Positions 1-8,709 of a stretch of DNA of 24,000 nucleotides are shown piece by piece. A program made the position numbers and the translations under genes. Origin of the DNA: Geochorda subterranea (GTDB lineage: Bacteria > Bacillota > Limnochordia > Limnochordales > Geochordaceae); the NCBI RefSeq assembly GCF_035593265.1, contig NZ_CP141614.1, positions 2,961,641-2,985,640 on the forward strand, given 5' to 3'. The notes below the pieces were generated by a model. That model saw nothing but the letters and a program-made list of their open reading frames with translations, ran no database searches and was not told the origin of the DNA. Every line of letters starts with the position of its first letter. The first letter of the stretch is position 1.

Positions 1-520
1 CCGCCGCCTCAATGGTTTCCTTCGGAATGAACTTGAGGAAGCTCACGAAGAGGTAGATCGATATTGGGAGCGCAAACCCTACCGCGGGGATGATCAATGA
101 CAAGTAGCTATTGAGAATCCCCATGCTACGATAAGTCAAGAAGAGTGGAATCAGTGCGACCTGTGCCGGGACAATAATACCCGACAGAAAGAAGGCCAGC
201 ACTGCGTTCCGAAAACGGAACCGAAGGACCTCGATCGCGTAGGAAGCCATAAGGCTCAAGACCACAATGGCGGCGCAGGAGAGACTGGTGACGACAAGGC
301 TGTTCTTGATGTACAGCCGGAGGTTACCCTTCTCTAGGGCGCGCGTATAGTTCTCCAGGGTTAATGAGGTTGGCAGGCTGAAGGGGTTGCCCTCGGCGAA
401 CTCCGCCTGCGGTCGCAGGCTCGTCAGGAACACCCACAGAATCGGGTAGACCTGGATTGCCAACACACCAACAACGATCAGCGTAAAAGCCGCCCGGGCA
501 ACGGTATGCCGCGAACTCAC
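1..520 (-). CDS. carbohydrate ABC transporter permease, MalG/UgpE-like (3' end cut by window edge)
   Basis: Absent from the ORF track because it is open at the window edge. My translation from GTG 520-518 gives VSSRHTVARAAFTLIVVGVLAIQVYPILWVFLTSLRPQAEF...LIPLFLTYRSMGILNSYLSLIIPAVGFALPISIYLFVSFLKFIPKETIEAA, a typical CUT1 membrane component. Its start overlaps the stop of the upstream permease as GTGA (517-520). Confidence 0.85.
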   Translation of the reverse strand, partial: MSSRHTVARAAFTLIVVGVLAIQVYPILWVFLTSLRPQAEFAEGNPFSLPTSLTLENYTRALEKGNLRLYIKNSLVVTSLSCAAIVVLSLMASYAIEVLRFRFRNAVLAFFLSGIIVPAQVALIPLFLTYRSMGILNSYLSLIIPAVGFALPISIYLFVSFLKFIPKETIEAA

Positions 521-1404
521 GAAAGCTCTTCTCCTTCCGCCCGCCGGAAGCGGAGGATAAGCGCCACGGCCAGTACGCACTCCATTACGATGAAGACGGC
601 AATGGTACTCGCGTAGCCGAAGTCCAGGTTCGTAAAGGCAGTCTTGTACATATACGTGGTGACTAGTTCGGTGGCGTGTCCGGGACCACCATTAGTCAGT
701 AGGTACGGGATGTCGAAGCCCCGCAAGGTGTACGTGGTCGCCATAATCATGGTAGTGACGAAGACCGGCCTGATGGTCGGAAACCGAACGTACCGGAACA
801 CGTTCCACTCCGTGCCCCCGTCGATGCGCGCCGCTTCCTCCATCTCTTTGGGTACCGCGATCAGCGCCGCGTAAAGGATGATCATGTAGAACCCCATGAA
901 GCGCCAGCCCTCCGGCACCGACACTGCGACTAGTGCTGTCTTAAGGTTGGAGAGCCACGGGGTTGCCAGGTGTTCGAGACCTAGCTTCGTCAGAAGGAGA
1001 TTGATGAGACCCAGCGGTTCATAAGAATACAATTTCTGGAACATATAGGCGATCGCAACCGTTGTGATCACGCTTGGGACGAAATAGAGTGTCTTAATGG
1101 TTTCTCGGACCCGAGAGACGTAGGTAAGCAAGCTGGCGAGCAGCAAGCCTATCACCAGCTGGATGAACAGGTTGATCGCGACAAACACGGCCGAGTTGAA
1201 AAGCGACTGCCAGAAGACCGTGTCGCGTGTGAACAGTCTGACATAGTTCTGCAGCCCCACGAACTCCATCTCGAAGATTCCGTTCCACTCGTAAAGGCTC
1301 ATAATAAGCGACCGCACGATCGGCGTGAAGACCGCGAACAAATACAGCACAAGCGGCGGTATCAAGAATATGCACACGGCTGTTCTGGTTCGGAGGACCT
1401 TCAT
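517..1404 (-). CDS. carbohydrate ABC transporter permease, MalF/UgpA/LacF-like
   Basis: 295-aa ORF with multiple hydrophobic segments and an EAA-loop motif (EEAARIDGGTEWNVFRYVRFPTIRP). It is translationally coupled to the next permease. Confidence 0.9.
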   Translation of the reverse strand: MKVLRTRTAVCIFLIPPLVLYLFAVFTPIVRSLIMSLYEWNGIFEMEFVGLQNYVRLFTRDTVFWQSLFNSAVFVAINLFIQLVIGLLLASLLTYVSRVRETIKTLYFVPSVITTVAIAYMFQKLYSYEPLGLINLLLTKLGLEHLATPWLSNLKTALVAVSVPEGWRFMGFYMIILYAALIAVPKEMEEAARIDGGTEWNVFRYVRFPTIRPVFVTTMIMATTYTLRGFDIPYLLTNGGPGHATELVTTYMYKTAFTNLDFGYASTIAVFIVMECVLAVALILRFRRAEGEELS

Positions 1405-1509
1405 GGTTGACGGCCACCTTCTCGCCTAGGGCCATCCTGGCAGCCAGCGCACGATTTCGCTGCGACAGCTGCCAGGATTGACCACACATGCTTCTCCTTG
1501 GCGGAGCTG

Positions 1510-1548
1510 TTACTTGCCGAAGAACCTAGGTGCGTTCTCTTTGATCAC
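1510..1548 (-). pseudogene. orphaned native 3' terminus of the sugar-binding protein gene, displaced by IS insertion
   Basis: The minus strand reads GTGATCAAAGAGAACGCACCTAGGTTCTTCGGCAAGTAA, which is VIKENAPRFFGK*. The VIKENAP part is identical to the point where the SBP ORF (3165-4517) enters the IS. Confidence 0.75.
1526..1548. repeat. left copy of the 23-bp perfect direct repeat flanking the IS (CTAGGTGCGTTCTCTTTGATCAC)
   Basis: Exact match to 3235-3257, read directly from the sequence. Confidence 0.95.
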
Positions 1549-1724
1549 TACGTCCCACAAGTTCGTTCCCTGGACATGACGGCTCCTTGACAACCTAAAC
1601 CGGCACAGCCGGGCAAGAAATTTCGCAGGGCAGCAGGAGTCCGGCCGAAGGGCGCGAACTGGCGCCACGACGGGATCCGGAGACGTTCGCGGGGGTCAAA
1701 GGTGACCCGGAAACGGCTGCCCGT

Positions 1725-2841
1725 ATGGCGATGCGGAGCGCGGACCCGGTGAGCTGGCCGCTGCCGAGCTCACGGCGGACCAGCGCAAAGCGCTGCGGGA
1801 GTGGAAGTTCGGCCAGAAGGTCGAGCACCGGCTCTGGCTGCGGGCTTCCATCATCTGGAGGCTGTTTCACCACCGTTCCTCGGTCGCACGAGTCGCCGCC
1901 TGCGTCGGCGTCACGGAGCGGACGGTCCGCAAGTGGCGGGACCGGTTCCTCGAGGCGGGCGTCGCCGGCCTCTACGATCGACCCCGCTCGGGGCGACCGC
2001 CGCGCTTTGGCCCGGAGCAGCGCTGCGAGGTGATCGCCCTGGCCTGCGACGCCCCCGCCAACTACGGCTTCGAAGGCCAGACGCTCTGGACGTACGACAC
2101 CCTCACCGATGCCGTCCGACGGACCCTCGGTTTGCCGATGAGCCGGAGCAGCATCTGGCGGACCCTGGAGCAAAACGCCCTGCGGCCTCACCGGGTGCGC
2201 ATGTGGCTGCACAGCCCGACCCGGACTTCAAGCCGAAGGTGAACCGCATCGTCGGCCTGTACCGGGACCCACCGGACGATGCCGTCATCTTGTGCATCGA
2301 CGAAAAGACCGGGATGCAGGCGCTGGAGCGCAAGCACGAGACGCGCCGCGCGATCCCCGGCAGGCCCGGGCGCTGCGAGTACGAATACATCCGCCATGGG
2401 ACCCAGTCGCTGTTGGCCGCCTTCGACATCCGTACCGGGCGCGTCACGGCGCGCTGCGGGCCGACGCGGACGGCGGAGGACCTGGTGAGCCTCCTGGAGG
2501 CAGTCGCCGAGGCGTACCGGGAGGCGGCGCGGATCATCGTGATCTGGGACAACCTCAACATCCACCATGACGGCCCGCAGGCGCGGTGGAGCCGCTTCAA
2601 CGCCCGTCACGGCGGGAAGTTCGAGTTCGTGTACACGCCGCGGCATGCGTCGTGGGTGAACCAGGTGGAGATCTTCTTCTCCATCCTGCAGCGCCGGTGC
2701 CTCAAGCACGGGGACTTCCACTCCGCCGAGGAACTGCGAGAGCGCGTGCTGGCCTTCATCGCCCGGTGGAATACCGAGGAGGGTCACCCCTTCCACTGGA
2801 CCTTCCGGGGGTACCCGATGCAGGAGAGGGCGGTGGCATAA
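1725..2841 (+). pseudogene. IS630-family DDE transposase, coding sequence split over three frames (two -1 shifts needed)
   Basis: The N-terminal HTH region is ELTADQRKALREW...VGVTERTVRKWRDRFLEAGVAGLYDRPRSGRPPRF...SIWRTLEQNALRPHRVRMWLHSP (codon starts congruent to 2 mod 3). The catalytic part is DPDFKPKVNRIVGLYRDPPDDAVILCIDEKTGMQALE...IIVIWDNLNIHH...WVNQVEIFFSIL (frame of ORF 1801-2841). The only upstream ATGs (1725 and 1731) lie in a third frame. Confidence 0.75.
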
Positions 2842-3168
2842 GTGCCGCCAAGGCCTCCTTGGTGGGACCGGCCCGAGGTGCGTCGAGTCCTCAATGAGGC
2901 AGCCCGGGAGGAGATCCAGCAGCTCCTCACGGCCCGGGGGTTCACCCACCTGGGCGTGCTGAGCCGAGGCCGTCACCTGGTCATCTACGCGGAGGAGGGG
3001 GGCGAGAAGATGCCGCGCCTTCGCTTCGGCCGCATCGACCAAGGCCGGTACGCGCTGGACATGGCCAACCACCGCGGGGGGTGGGAGCCCACGCCCTTCA
3101 CCGGAACCCTTGCCGAACTGTTCAGCCTGGTAACCGAGCAGTTCGGCTGGGTTCTCCTGGAGCTCTAG
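2842..3168 (+). CDS. hypothetical protein, passenger ORF inside the IS
   Basis: 108-aa ORF starting at a GTG immediately after the transposase TAA stop and lying inside the inverted repeats. The composition looks protein-like (HLVIYAEEGGEKMPRLRFGRIDQGRYALDMANHRGGWEPTPFTGTLAELFSLV). I recognise no family. Confidence 0.45.
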   Translation: MPPRPPWWDRPEVRRVLNEAAREEIQQLLTARGFTHLGVLSRGRHLVIYAEEGGEKMPRLRFGRIDQGRYALDMANHRGGWEPTPFTGTLAELFSLVTEQFGWVLLEL

Positions 3169-4517
3169 CCGCATCTTCCTCTCGCTCCTCTTGTGACGTT
3201 CCCGCGGCAGTGAACGAACTTGTGGGACGCACTACTAGGTGCGTTCTCTTTGATCACCGCATCCATCGTCCGAGCGAACTCCTCCGGACTCTGATATGTC
3301 TGCGCAAGCAGGAGGAGCGCCTGGCCGATCCGGGAGTTGGAGGCCGGGTCGAGCTCGGTGTCCCAGGGTACGCCAAACTGTTTGCCAAGTTGTTCGATGT
3401 CCTTGGCAAACGCTCGATAGAGTTCCGAGACCTTGCTGTCCCCCGGCAGTTCGTACTTGGTCGGGGGGAACTGCTCCTTGGCCGCATAGAGGGTTGGGTA
3501 CCGATCGAGCAGATACCTGATGAACTCGCGGGTTATGTTGTCGAACTTCTTAGCGTTGAGTGCTAGGCCGATGCCTGAGACGACGAAATACTCATTGCGG
3601 GTCGTGCGGGCATTATCGGTCATCGGAAGCTTGAAGTAGCTGAGCTTCCCCTTGGTGCTGTCGGGCAGGCTGTCGCTAGTGAACGTGCCGAGCTCCCAGC
3701 TTCCCATGTAGTACATGGCTGCCTTGCCCGAGACGAACAGGTCACGGGCCTGCACGTAGTCGTGGGACGCGAATCCGGTTTGAAACGCGTTGTTCTTGCC
3801 CAGCTCATATACGAACCGGGCAGCCTGCATACCGATCGGGTCCTGGAGGGAGGCCTCCCCCCGCTTAAGTCGCATGATGTAGTCATTGCCTGTCATGCGG
3901 AACGGTATAAACGCAAGGTACCGTAGCAGGGGCCACTGCTCCTTACCAGCGACGGCGATCGGGATGTACCCCCTGCTTCGGAGAATCTTGGCGACCTCTA
4001 CCAGTTCCTCCAGCGTCTCGGGTGGCTCGACACCGACATTCTTGAAGATATCTGTGTTGTACCAAAAGACCTCGAGGTGGAACTCCAGGGGAAGCAAGTA
4101 GAGGCTCCCATCGTCAAACCGGACGTAGTCCAGCGCGGCGGGTCTGAACTCGTCGAGCTTGCCGAATTCTCTAAGCAATTTCTCGACGTCGACCAACTCG
4201 CCTCTGTTCTTCAGCATCTCGGCGAAGACGGTGGGGTCGGTGTCGAACATTTCGGGCAGATCCCCAGCCGCGGCTAGAATCTCGAGCTTCTGCAGGTATG
4301 ACGGACGATCCGGAGTGCTCTCCAAGGCGAGTTCGAAGTCGGGATGAATCTTCTGGAACTCGGCCGCAATCTCTTTGACGGTCTGGATAACGGGTCCGTC
4401 AACTGGCCTCGCAAAGAGCCAGGTGACCGTCTTTGCCTCTGCACGGCTACCTGCGGCTACGGCGCCAGCCAGGGCAGCCATGAGCATCAGAGCGAGCAAG
4501 TGCCTCGCGGACCTCAT
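3165..4517 (-). CDS. extracellular solute-binding protein, family 1 (CUT1 sugar ABC), C-terminus replaced by IS-derived residues
   Basis: I chose the ATG at 4517, preceded by AGGAGG about 8 nt upstream, giving a signal-like start MRSARHLLALMLMAALAGAVAAG. The body resembles sugar SBPs. After ...DAVIKENAP the ORF continues into the IS (SSASHKFVHCRGNVTRGARGRCG*). Confidence 0.85.
   Translation of the reverse strand: MRSARHLLALMLMAALAGAVAAGSRAEAKTVTWLFARPVDGPVIQTVKEIAAEFQKIHPDFELALESTPDRPSYLQKLEILAAAGDLPEMFDTDPTVFAEMLKNRGELVDVEKLLREFGKLDEFRPAALDYVRFDDGSLYLLPLEFHLEVFWYNTDIFKNVGVEPPETLEELVEVAKILRSRGYIPIAVAGKEQWPLLRYLAFIPFRMTGNDYIMRLKRGEASLQDPIGMQAARFVYELGKNNAFQTGFASHDYVQARDLFVSGKAAMYYMGSWELGTFTSDSLPDSTKGKLSYFKLPMTDNARTTRNEYFVVSGIGLALNAKKFDNITREFIRYLLDRYPTLYAAKEQFPPTKYELPGDSKVSELYRAFAKDIEQLGKQFGVPWDTELDPASNSRIGQALLLLAQTYQSPEEFARTMDAVIKENAPSSASHKFVHCRGNVTRGARGRCG
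3235..3257. repeat. right copy of the 23-bp perfect direct repeat flanking the IS
   Basis: Exact match to 1526-1548. Confidence 0.95.
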
Positions 4518-4610
4518 CAAGGGTGCCCTCCTAATTCGGCGTGGTCTATCCGTTACGGGTCCGATCCGGGACGCCAACTTGAAACCCTTGAAACGTCGCT
4601 GAACCTTCGC

Positions 4611-6101
4611 TCACGAACAGGCCCCATCTCCCCCCCTCCGGCTGTAGAGCCGAGTACTCATCGCCACCTGCCCAGCCACGTAGGCCACGCATGCTGTCCC
4701 GTCGACGATCACCTCCATCCGGTACGGTTTGCCAGGTTCCAGACGAACAGGCCTCTCAAGCTCAACGGCAAAGGGTTTGTCGCCGCCAATCTGCCACTGA
4801 TGCTCGCCCCGAGGCGCCTTGCGCGGCCATTGGTCGAAGACCATGCGCTGGCTTTGGGGCTCGAGGCGGATGTAGTATGCCTCGTCCGGATCCGACCCGA
4901 CCCGCAAGACCAGGCCACATCCCCGAGTACCTTCCTTAAAGATGACGTCGCCGGAGATTAGGCACGGGTCAACTAAGGGCTCGGCAAGGGCGAGCGCAAA
5001 GGAGTCCGGAACATCGGCTAGCAGGGCGTCGCTCTCGATGAGCCCCGCATGCGACGGGGCGTCTGACCTGCTGTACGACTGGCCCGTGGGCGGAACTCTA
5101 GACCAGGTACCGCACTCCGGGCTGAACGCCGGCCGGGTCGAATGCGAGAAGTAGGCTCGAAGTGACTCCGGCATCCGAACGCCTAGGCTGCCGTCGGGGC
5201 GCTGAACGATCTCATGGACGGCCATCGTCCCTCCCCACTGCCACTCCCCATAGTCGCTGTCACCGGTCTTGGTAGGAATCCAGCCGAAGACGTACCGGCG
5301 TACGCCGTCGGAGCAGGTCTTGGCGGCGTAGAAAGCTCGTCCGTCGAAAGTATCGTTAGCCGGAGCGGTCCACGGCCCTTGAAGGTCCTTGCTCATTCGG
5401 TAGTGGGTAGCGAAGCGCTCCGAGAAGCTTGAGTAGACCAGGTACCACCAGTCGCCCAGCTTGAACAGGTCGGGGCACTCGTGAGTGACGTAGAGCCTGG
5501 GCGCCCAGAATGCTGACTTTACTTCCCACCGGCGCAGGTCCCGGGAGGTGCACAGGGCGATGCAGCCCCGCCGTCGGTAGGAGCCGTCAAGGGTTCGGGC
5601 GGCCAGCAGCATCCAGTACTCCTGGGCTTCGGGGTTGAAGAATACGAAAGGGTCCCGCCAGTCACCTCGCTCGTACCGATCGGGCGGCGCGTAAAAGGTG
5701 TCCTCCGGGAGTTTGTCCCAGTGCACCAGGTCCCGGGAGACAGCATGCATGACGGCTTGCAGCGGGGTTCCGTTCTGCCGAAACTTGGGGTGCGGGTTGA
5801 ACCCTGTATAAAAAAGATGGTATAGGCCCCCAGCCTCGATAATGCTACCAGTGTAACAGTGCCAATCTTGCTCTTCGGGAGTCCCGTGCTGGAGTACCGC
5901 CCCGTGTTCCTCATAATGCACAAAGTCACTTGTGGTCACAAGGTACCAGGAGGTCCCGACGGTAAACTCATCTCCTGTCCGGGCGTCATGGAGATAAAAT
6001 AGCCAGAACTTGCCGTCCTTATAGAACGGAATCACGTCGCCCACCCAGCCGCTTTGGGGCTTGTACAGGGGGCCTCGGAAAGTCGACCCCACGGACATCA
6101 C
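4611..6101 (-). CDS. glycoside hydrolase family 32 (beta-fructofuranosidase / fructan hydrolase-like)
   Basis: 496-aa ORF with GWVGDVIPFY in the nucleophile region, WRDPFVF (RDP motif), THECPDLF (EC acid/base motif), repeated beta-propeller-like blades and a C-terminal beta-sandwich-length tail. The start may be the ATG at 6098 rather than the GTG at 6101. Confidence 0.85.
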   Translation of the reverse strand: MMSVGSTFRGPLYKPQSGWVGDVIPFYKDGKFWLFYLHDARTGDEFTVGTSWYLVTTSDFVHYEEHGAVLQHGTPEEQDWHCYTGSIIEAGGLYHLFYTGFNPHPKFRQNGTPLQAVMHAVSRDLVHWDKLPEDTFYAPPDRYERGDWRDPFVFFNPEAQEYWMLLAARTLDGSYRRRGCIALCTSRDLRRWEVKSAFWAPRLYVTHECPDLFKLGDWWYLVYSSFSERFATHYRMSKDLQGPWTAPANDTFDGRAFYAAKTCSDGVRRYVFGWIPTKTGDSDYGEWQWGGTMAVHEIVQRPDGSLGVRMPESLRAYFSHSTRPAFSPECGTWSRVPPTGQSYSRSDAPSHAGLIESDALLADVPDSFALALAEPLVDPCLISGDVIFKEGTRGCGLVLRVGSDPDEAYYIRLEPQSQRMVFDQWPRKAPRGEHQWQIGGDKPFAVELERPVRLEPGKPYRMEVIVDGTACVAYVAGQVAMSTRLYSRRGGDGACS

Positions 6102-6162
6102 CCGTTTCTGCTAAAGCGTATTAGTTGGTTGGCCCCGATAAGCTCGTCGGGAAAAGCCCGTC

Positions 6163-7332
6163 GTGACGGACTCACCCCTCTCCTCCCCGAGACCCAATGA
6201 TGCTAAGATCGGCCCCAGGAGGCATGGCATCGTGCGTTTCGAGGCCCTCGTCAAGGAAGTGGCCAACAGCCTGGCCTGGTGGCGCTTTTGCCGGTTGCGC
6301 TTGACCGACAAGGTGCCCGATGCCACCACCCTCATCAAGCTGCCGCACCGCTTCAGCCCCGAGGTCATCGAGCAGCTCAACGAGACATTGAAGGCCCCGT
6401 TGGTCCAGCAGCGAGTCATCAAGCGCCACGGCCAGTGGATCCGGGCGGACACCACAGTGGTGGAAGCCAACATCATTCACCCCACCGACTCGGGCCTGGT
6501 GGCGGACGGGGTGCGGGTGCTGACGCGGCTGATGCGCCGAGCCAAAGAAGCTGGCATCGGGGTACGCCTTTCGGTTCGAGACCGCCTGCGTTCGGTCCGG
6601 CCCCGGCTGCGCCCCATCAGCCAGGCGGCCGCGCGCCGACGCATGCGGAAGCCGGGTCCAGCGGTGGGAGCGCGCTACCAGGCGTAGGCCGAGTCGCTGG
6701 CGCGCTACAGTGCCCGGCTCGGCTAGGTGTTGCAGCAGACTCGTGTACGTCTGCAGGGGCGCCGCTCCATCCCAGACCGGCTGGTCAGCCTGTTGGATCC
6801 GGATGCGCGGCCCATCCGGCAGGGGAAGCTGTCCCACACCATCGAGTTTGGGTACAAGCTCGGCTTGGTGGAAAAGCGGGAGGGCTTCATCAGCCACTTC
6901 CGGCTGCATGGGAGCACTTCCAGCGACGACAGCGTGTTGGTGGACGCCGTGGCGGGCTACATCCACGCGGTCGGGGCCACGCCCCGAGCGGTGGCCGCCG
7001 ACCGGGGCATGAACAGCCGGGCCAACGAAGCGGCCCTGCGGGCGATGAGCATCGCGCGCATGGCCCTGCCGGCCCGAGGCGGTTGGGCTTGCCGGCTTTT
7101 CGCGGCACGCCGGCTCTTTCGGCGGTTGCCGCGGTGGCGCAGCGGCCGGGGGAGGGCACACTGCGCATCTCCAACTAGTATGGGAAATCGTATTAGCCAG
7201 AGCCGCGACCACCGGTTGCGGCGCTTCAGCCGCACCATTTCGCCCCTTTGGTCGGCGTGAGCAGCGGGTCAGGGCGTCCGACGCACCAGCGTGACCAAAC
7301 GGAATTGGGTTGCTAATTCGTATCACCTGTGA
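6163..7332 (+). pseudogene. IS5/IS1182-like (DUF772 + DDE) transposase remnant, 5'-truncated with in-frame stops and 3' frameshifts
   Basis: Recognisable motifs are LAWWRFCRLRLTDKVPDATTLIKL, RADTTVVEANIIHPTDSGLVADGVRVL, SLLDPDARPIRQGKLSHTIEFGYK and AADRGMNS. There are in-frame TAGs at 6685-6687 and 6724-6726. The frame is lost after about 7080. A C-terminal-like WVANSYHL* ends at 7332. Confidence 0.7.
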
Positions 7333-7490
7333 CCTACTCCCGAATGCTTGCATTCGACGACGAGAGCGCAATTCCTCCTCGCGCATTGCCTGGCAAGTTT
7401 TGCACGGGTGGGGAGTAATCCGCTCCCCCGTGGCTCGGGCGCCCCGGGGGAGGCGAAGTCTGACTCTTCGGCTGCCCCTGACACAGGGCG

Positions 7491-8002
7491 GCCCTGGCCC
7501 GGGTTGGGGCTCTCATCGAGACTCCGGCCCTGTAGCCCACCTTCCGGTCGTGGAGAACCTCGAGGTGCACCTGCGCCTGCTGAGGCTGCCCCGGGAGCGA
7601 GTCGACGAGGTCCTGGCGGTCGTGGGCTTGCGGGACGCCGCGAACCAGAGAGTCGGGAGCTATTCGCTGGGGATGAAGCCGTGCCTTCGCATCGTCATCG
7701 CGCTCTTGGGCGACCCCGAGTTGCAGATCCTCGCCGAACCCGCGAACGGCCTCGATCCTATCGGCGTCCACGAGATGCGGGGGCTGACCCGTTCGCTTCA
7801 TGCCCGGGGCATCACCCTGGTCATCTCGAGCCACCTCCTGGCGGAGGCGCAACAGATGGTCACCCACGTCGGGATCTTGGCGGGAGGCAGACTCCATTAC
7901 CAGGGGCCGTGGGACAGCGCCGATCTGGAGGCCTTCTTCATGAAGACCGTCGCCCGCCACGCCCATGCCTCCGCGGGACCCGAAGGCGGGGACGGGCGAT
8001 GA
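7491..8002 (+). pseudogene. ABC transporter ATP-binding protein remnant (ABC-2 / bacitracin-lantibiotic export type); the Walker A half is missing
   Basis: It reads RVGALIETPAL, then TAG at 7533-7535, then a frameshift, then VVENLEVHLRLLRLPRERVDEVLAVVGL...YSLGMKPCLRIVIALLGDPELQILAEPANGLDP...TLVISSHLLAEAQQ. The signature and Walker B motifs are degenerate (LAEP in place of LDEP). Confidence 0.7.
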
Positions 8003-8560
8003 GGGCTGGCCTTCTCGATGTGCTGGCCTCCGAGTGGTTGAAGTACCGCGGCACCTACATGCTGTGGATCGCGGCAGGGCCGACCGCCTCGTGCTCATCT
8101 TCGCGGCCATGGGCTCCCTGGGGCCGGGGACCTGGGGCAGGCTTGACCCGGCGAGCCCCTGGCACTGGATGCTGGCGGCGCTCTACAACTGGTGGCCGTT
8201 TCTGTGGGCCTCCTTCGGGACGGCCATACTGGCCGCCGAGGCCGTGCGCCTCGAAGAGGGGGCCGGCGCGTGGCGGGCGCTGCGGGTGCACCCGGCAGCT
8301 CCCGTCCTACTGTATCTCGGCAGGGCCGTGGCGCTCGTCCCGTGGCACTTCGCCAGCAATGTTGGGTTCGTGGGGCTGGTCGTGGCTATCGCCTCGCCGG
8401 CGCTCCGGTGCCTTGTAGCCCGATCCTGAAGGGAGGGTCCATCGTGGGCGCCGGTACGCTTCCCGCGTTGGTGTTGCAGCTGTGGGTCGCGAGCGTGCGA
8501 GGATACCCGCTCACCGCGGCGGGAGGCGTAGGGATGGTCGCGGCAGCCTCCCTTGAAGAC
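7999..8560 (+). pseudogene. ABC-2 type permease remnant, frameshifted and truncated
   Basis: ATGA overlap with the ATPase stop. The N-terminus is MRAGLLDVLASEWLKYRGTYMLWIAAG. It continues in another frame (LVLIFAAMGSL...WMLAALYNWWPFLWASFGTAILAAEAVRLEEGAGAWRALRVHP...) and in a third frame after about 8420. It ends at the junction with the nrdA-leader copy. Confidence 0.55.
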
Positions 8561-8565
8561 CCCCG

Positions 8566-8709
8566 CTCCATGCACGGATGGCCTCCTCCACGCGGTGGGC
8601 CATGACCTGGTCGCCTCCTCGTCCGTCGGGATGGTGGGTGTCCGCCGATAGGAGAGGCAAGCCCGCGGGCGAGGCGGCGACGCGGTGGTCGTGCTGGTGA
8701 GGCGCCCTC
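8566..8709 (-). repeat. inverted partial duplicate of the nrdA expression platform plus the first ~12 codons
   Basis: The reverse complement aligns by eye with 14054-14197, with most positions identical over about 144 bp. It includes the CUCCU...GAGGAGG hairpin, the ATG, and MAHRVEEAIRAW against MAHRLEEAIRAW. Confidence 0.85.

Larger units (their letters stand above)
1549..3234 (+). mobile_element. IS630-family-like insertion sequence (about 1686 bp) carrying a transposase plus one extra ORF
   Basis: Terminal inverted repeats match at 21 of 22 nt: 1551-1572 CGTCCCACAAGTTCGTTCCCTG and the reverse complement of 3208-3229, CGTCCCACAAGTTCGTTCACTG. There is a TA at both outer ends. The internal transposase is IS630-like. 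The element interrupts a recognisable gene. Confidence 0.85.

Noticed and set aside
6685-7535. Three in-frame TAG codons (6685, 6724, 7533) as possible stop-codon recoding
   Set aside because: TAG is used as the genuine terminator of several intact genes in this window (rsgA, nrdA, the Dpp-like SBP and permease, and the kinase-like gene). The affected genes also carry truncations and frameshifts, so they are pseudogenes.
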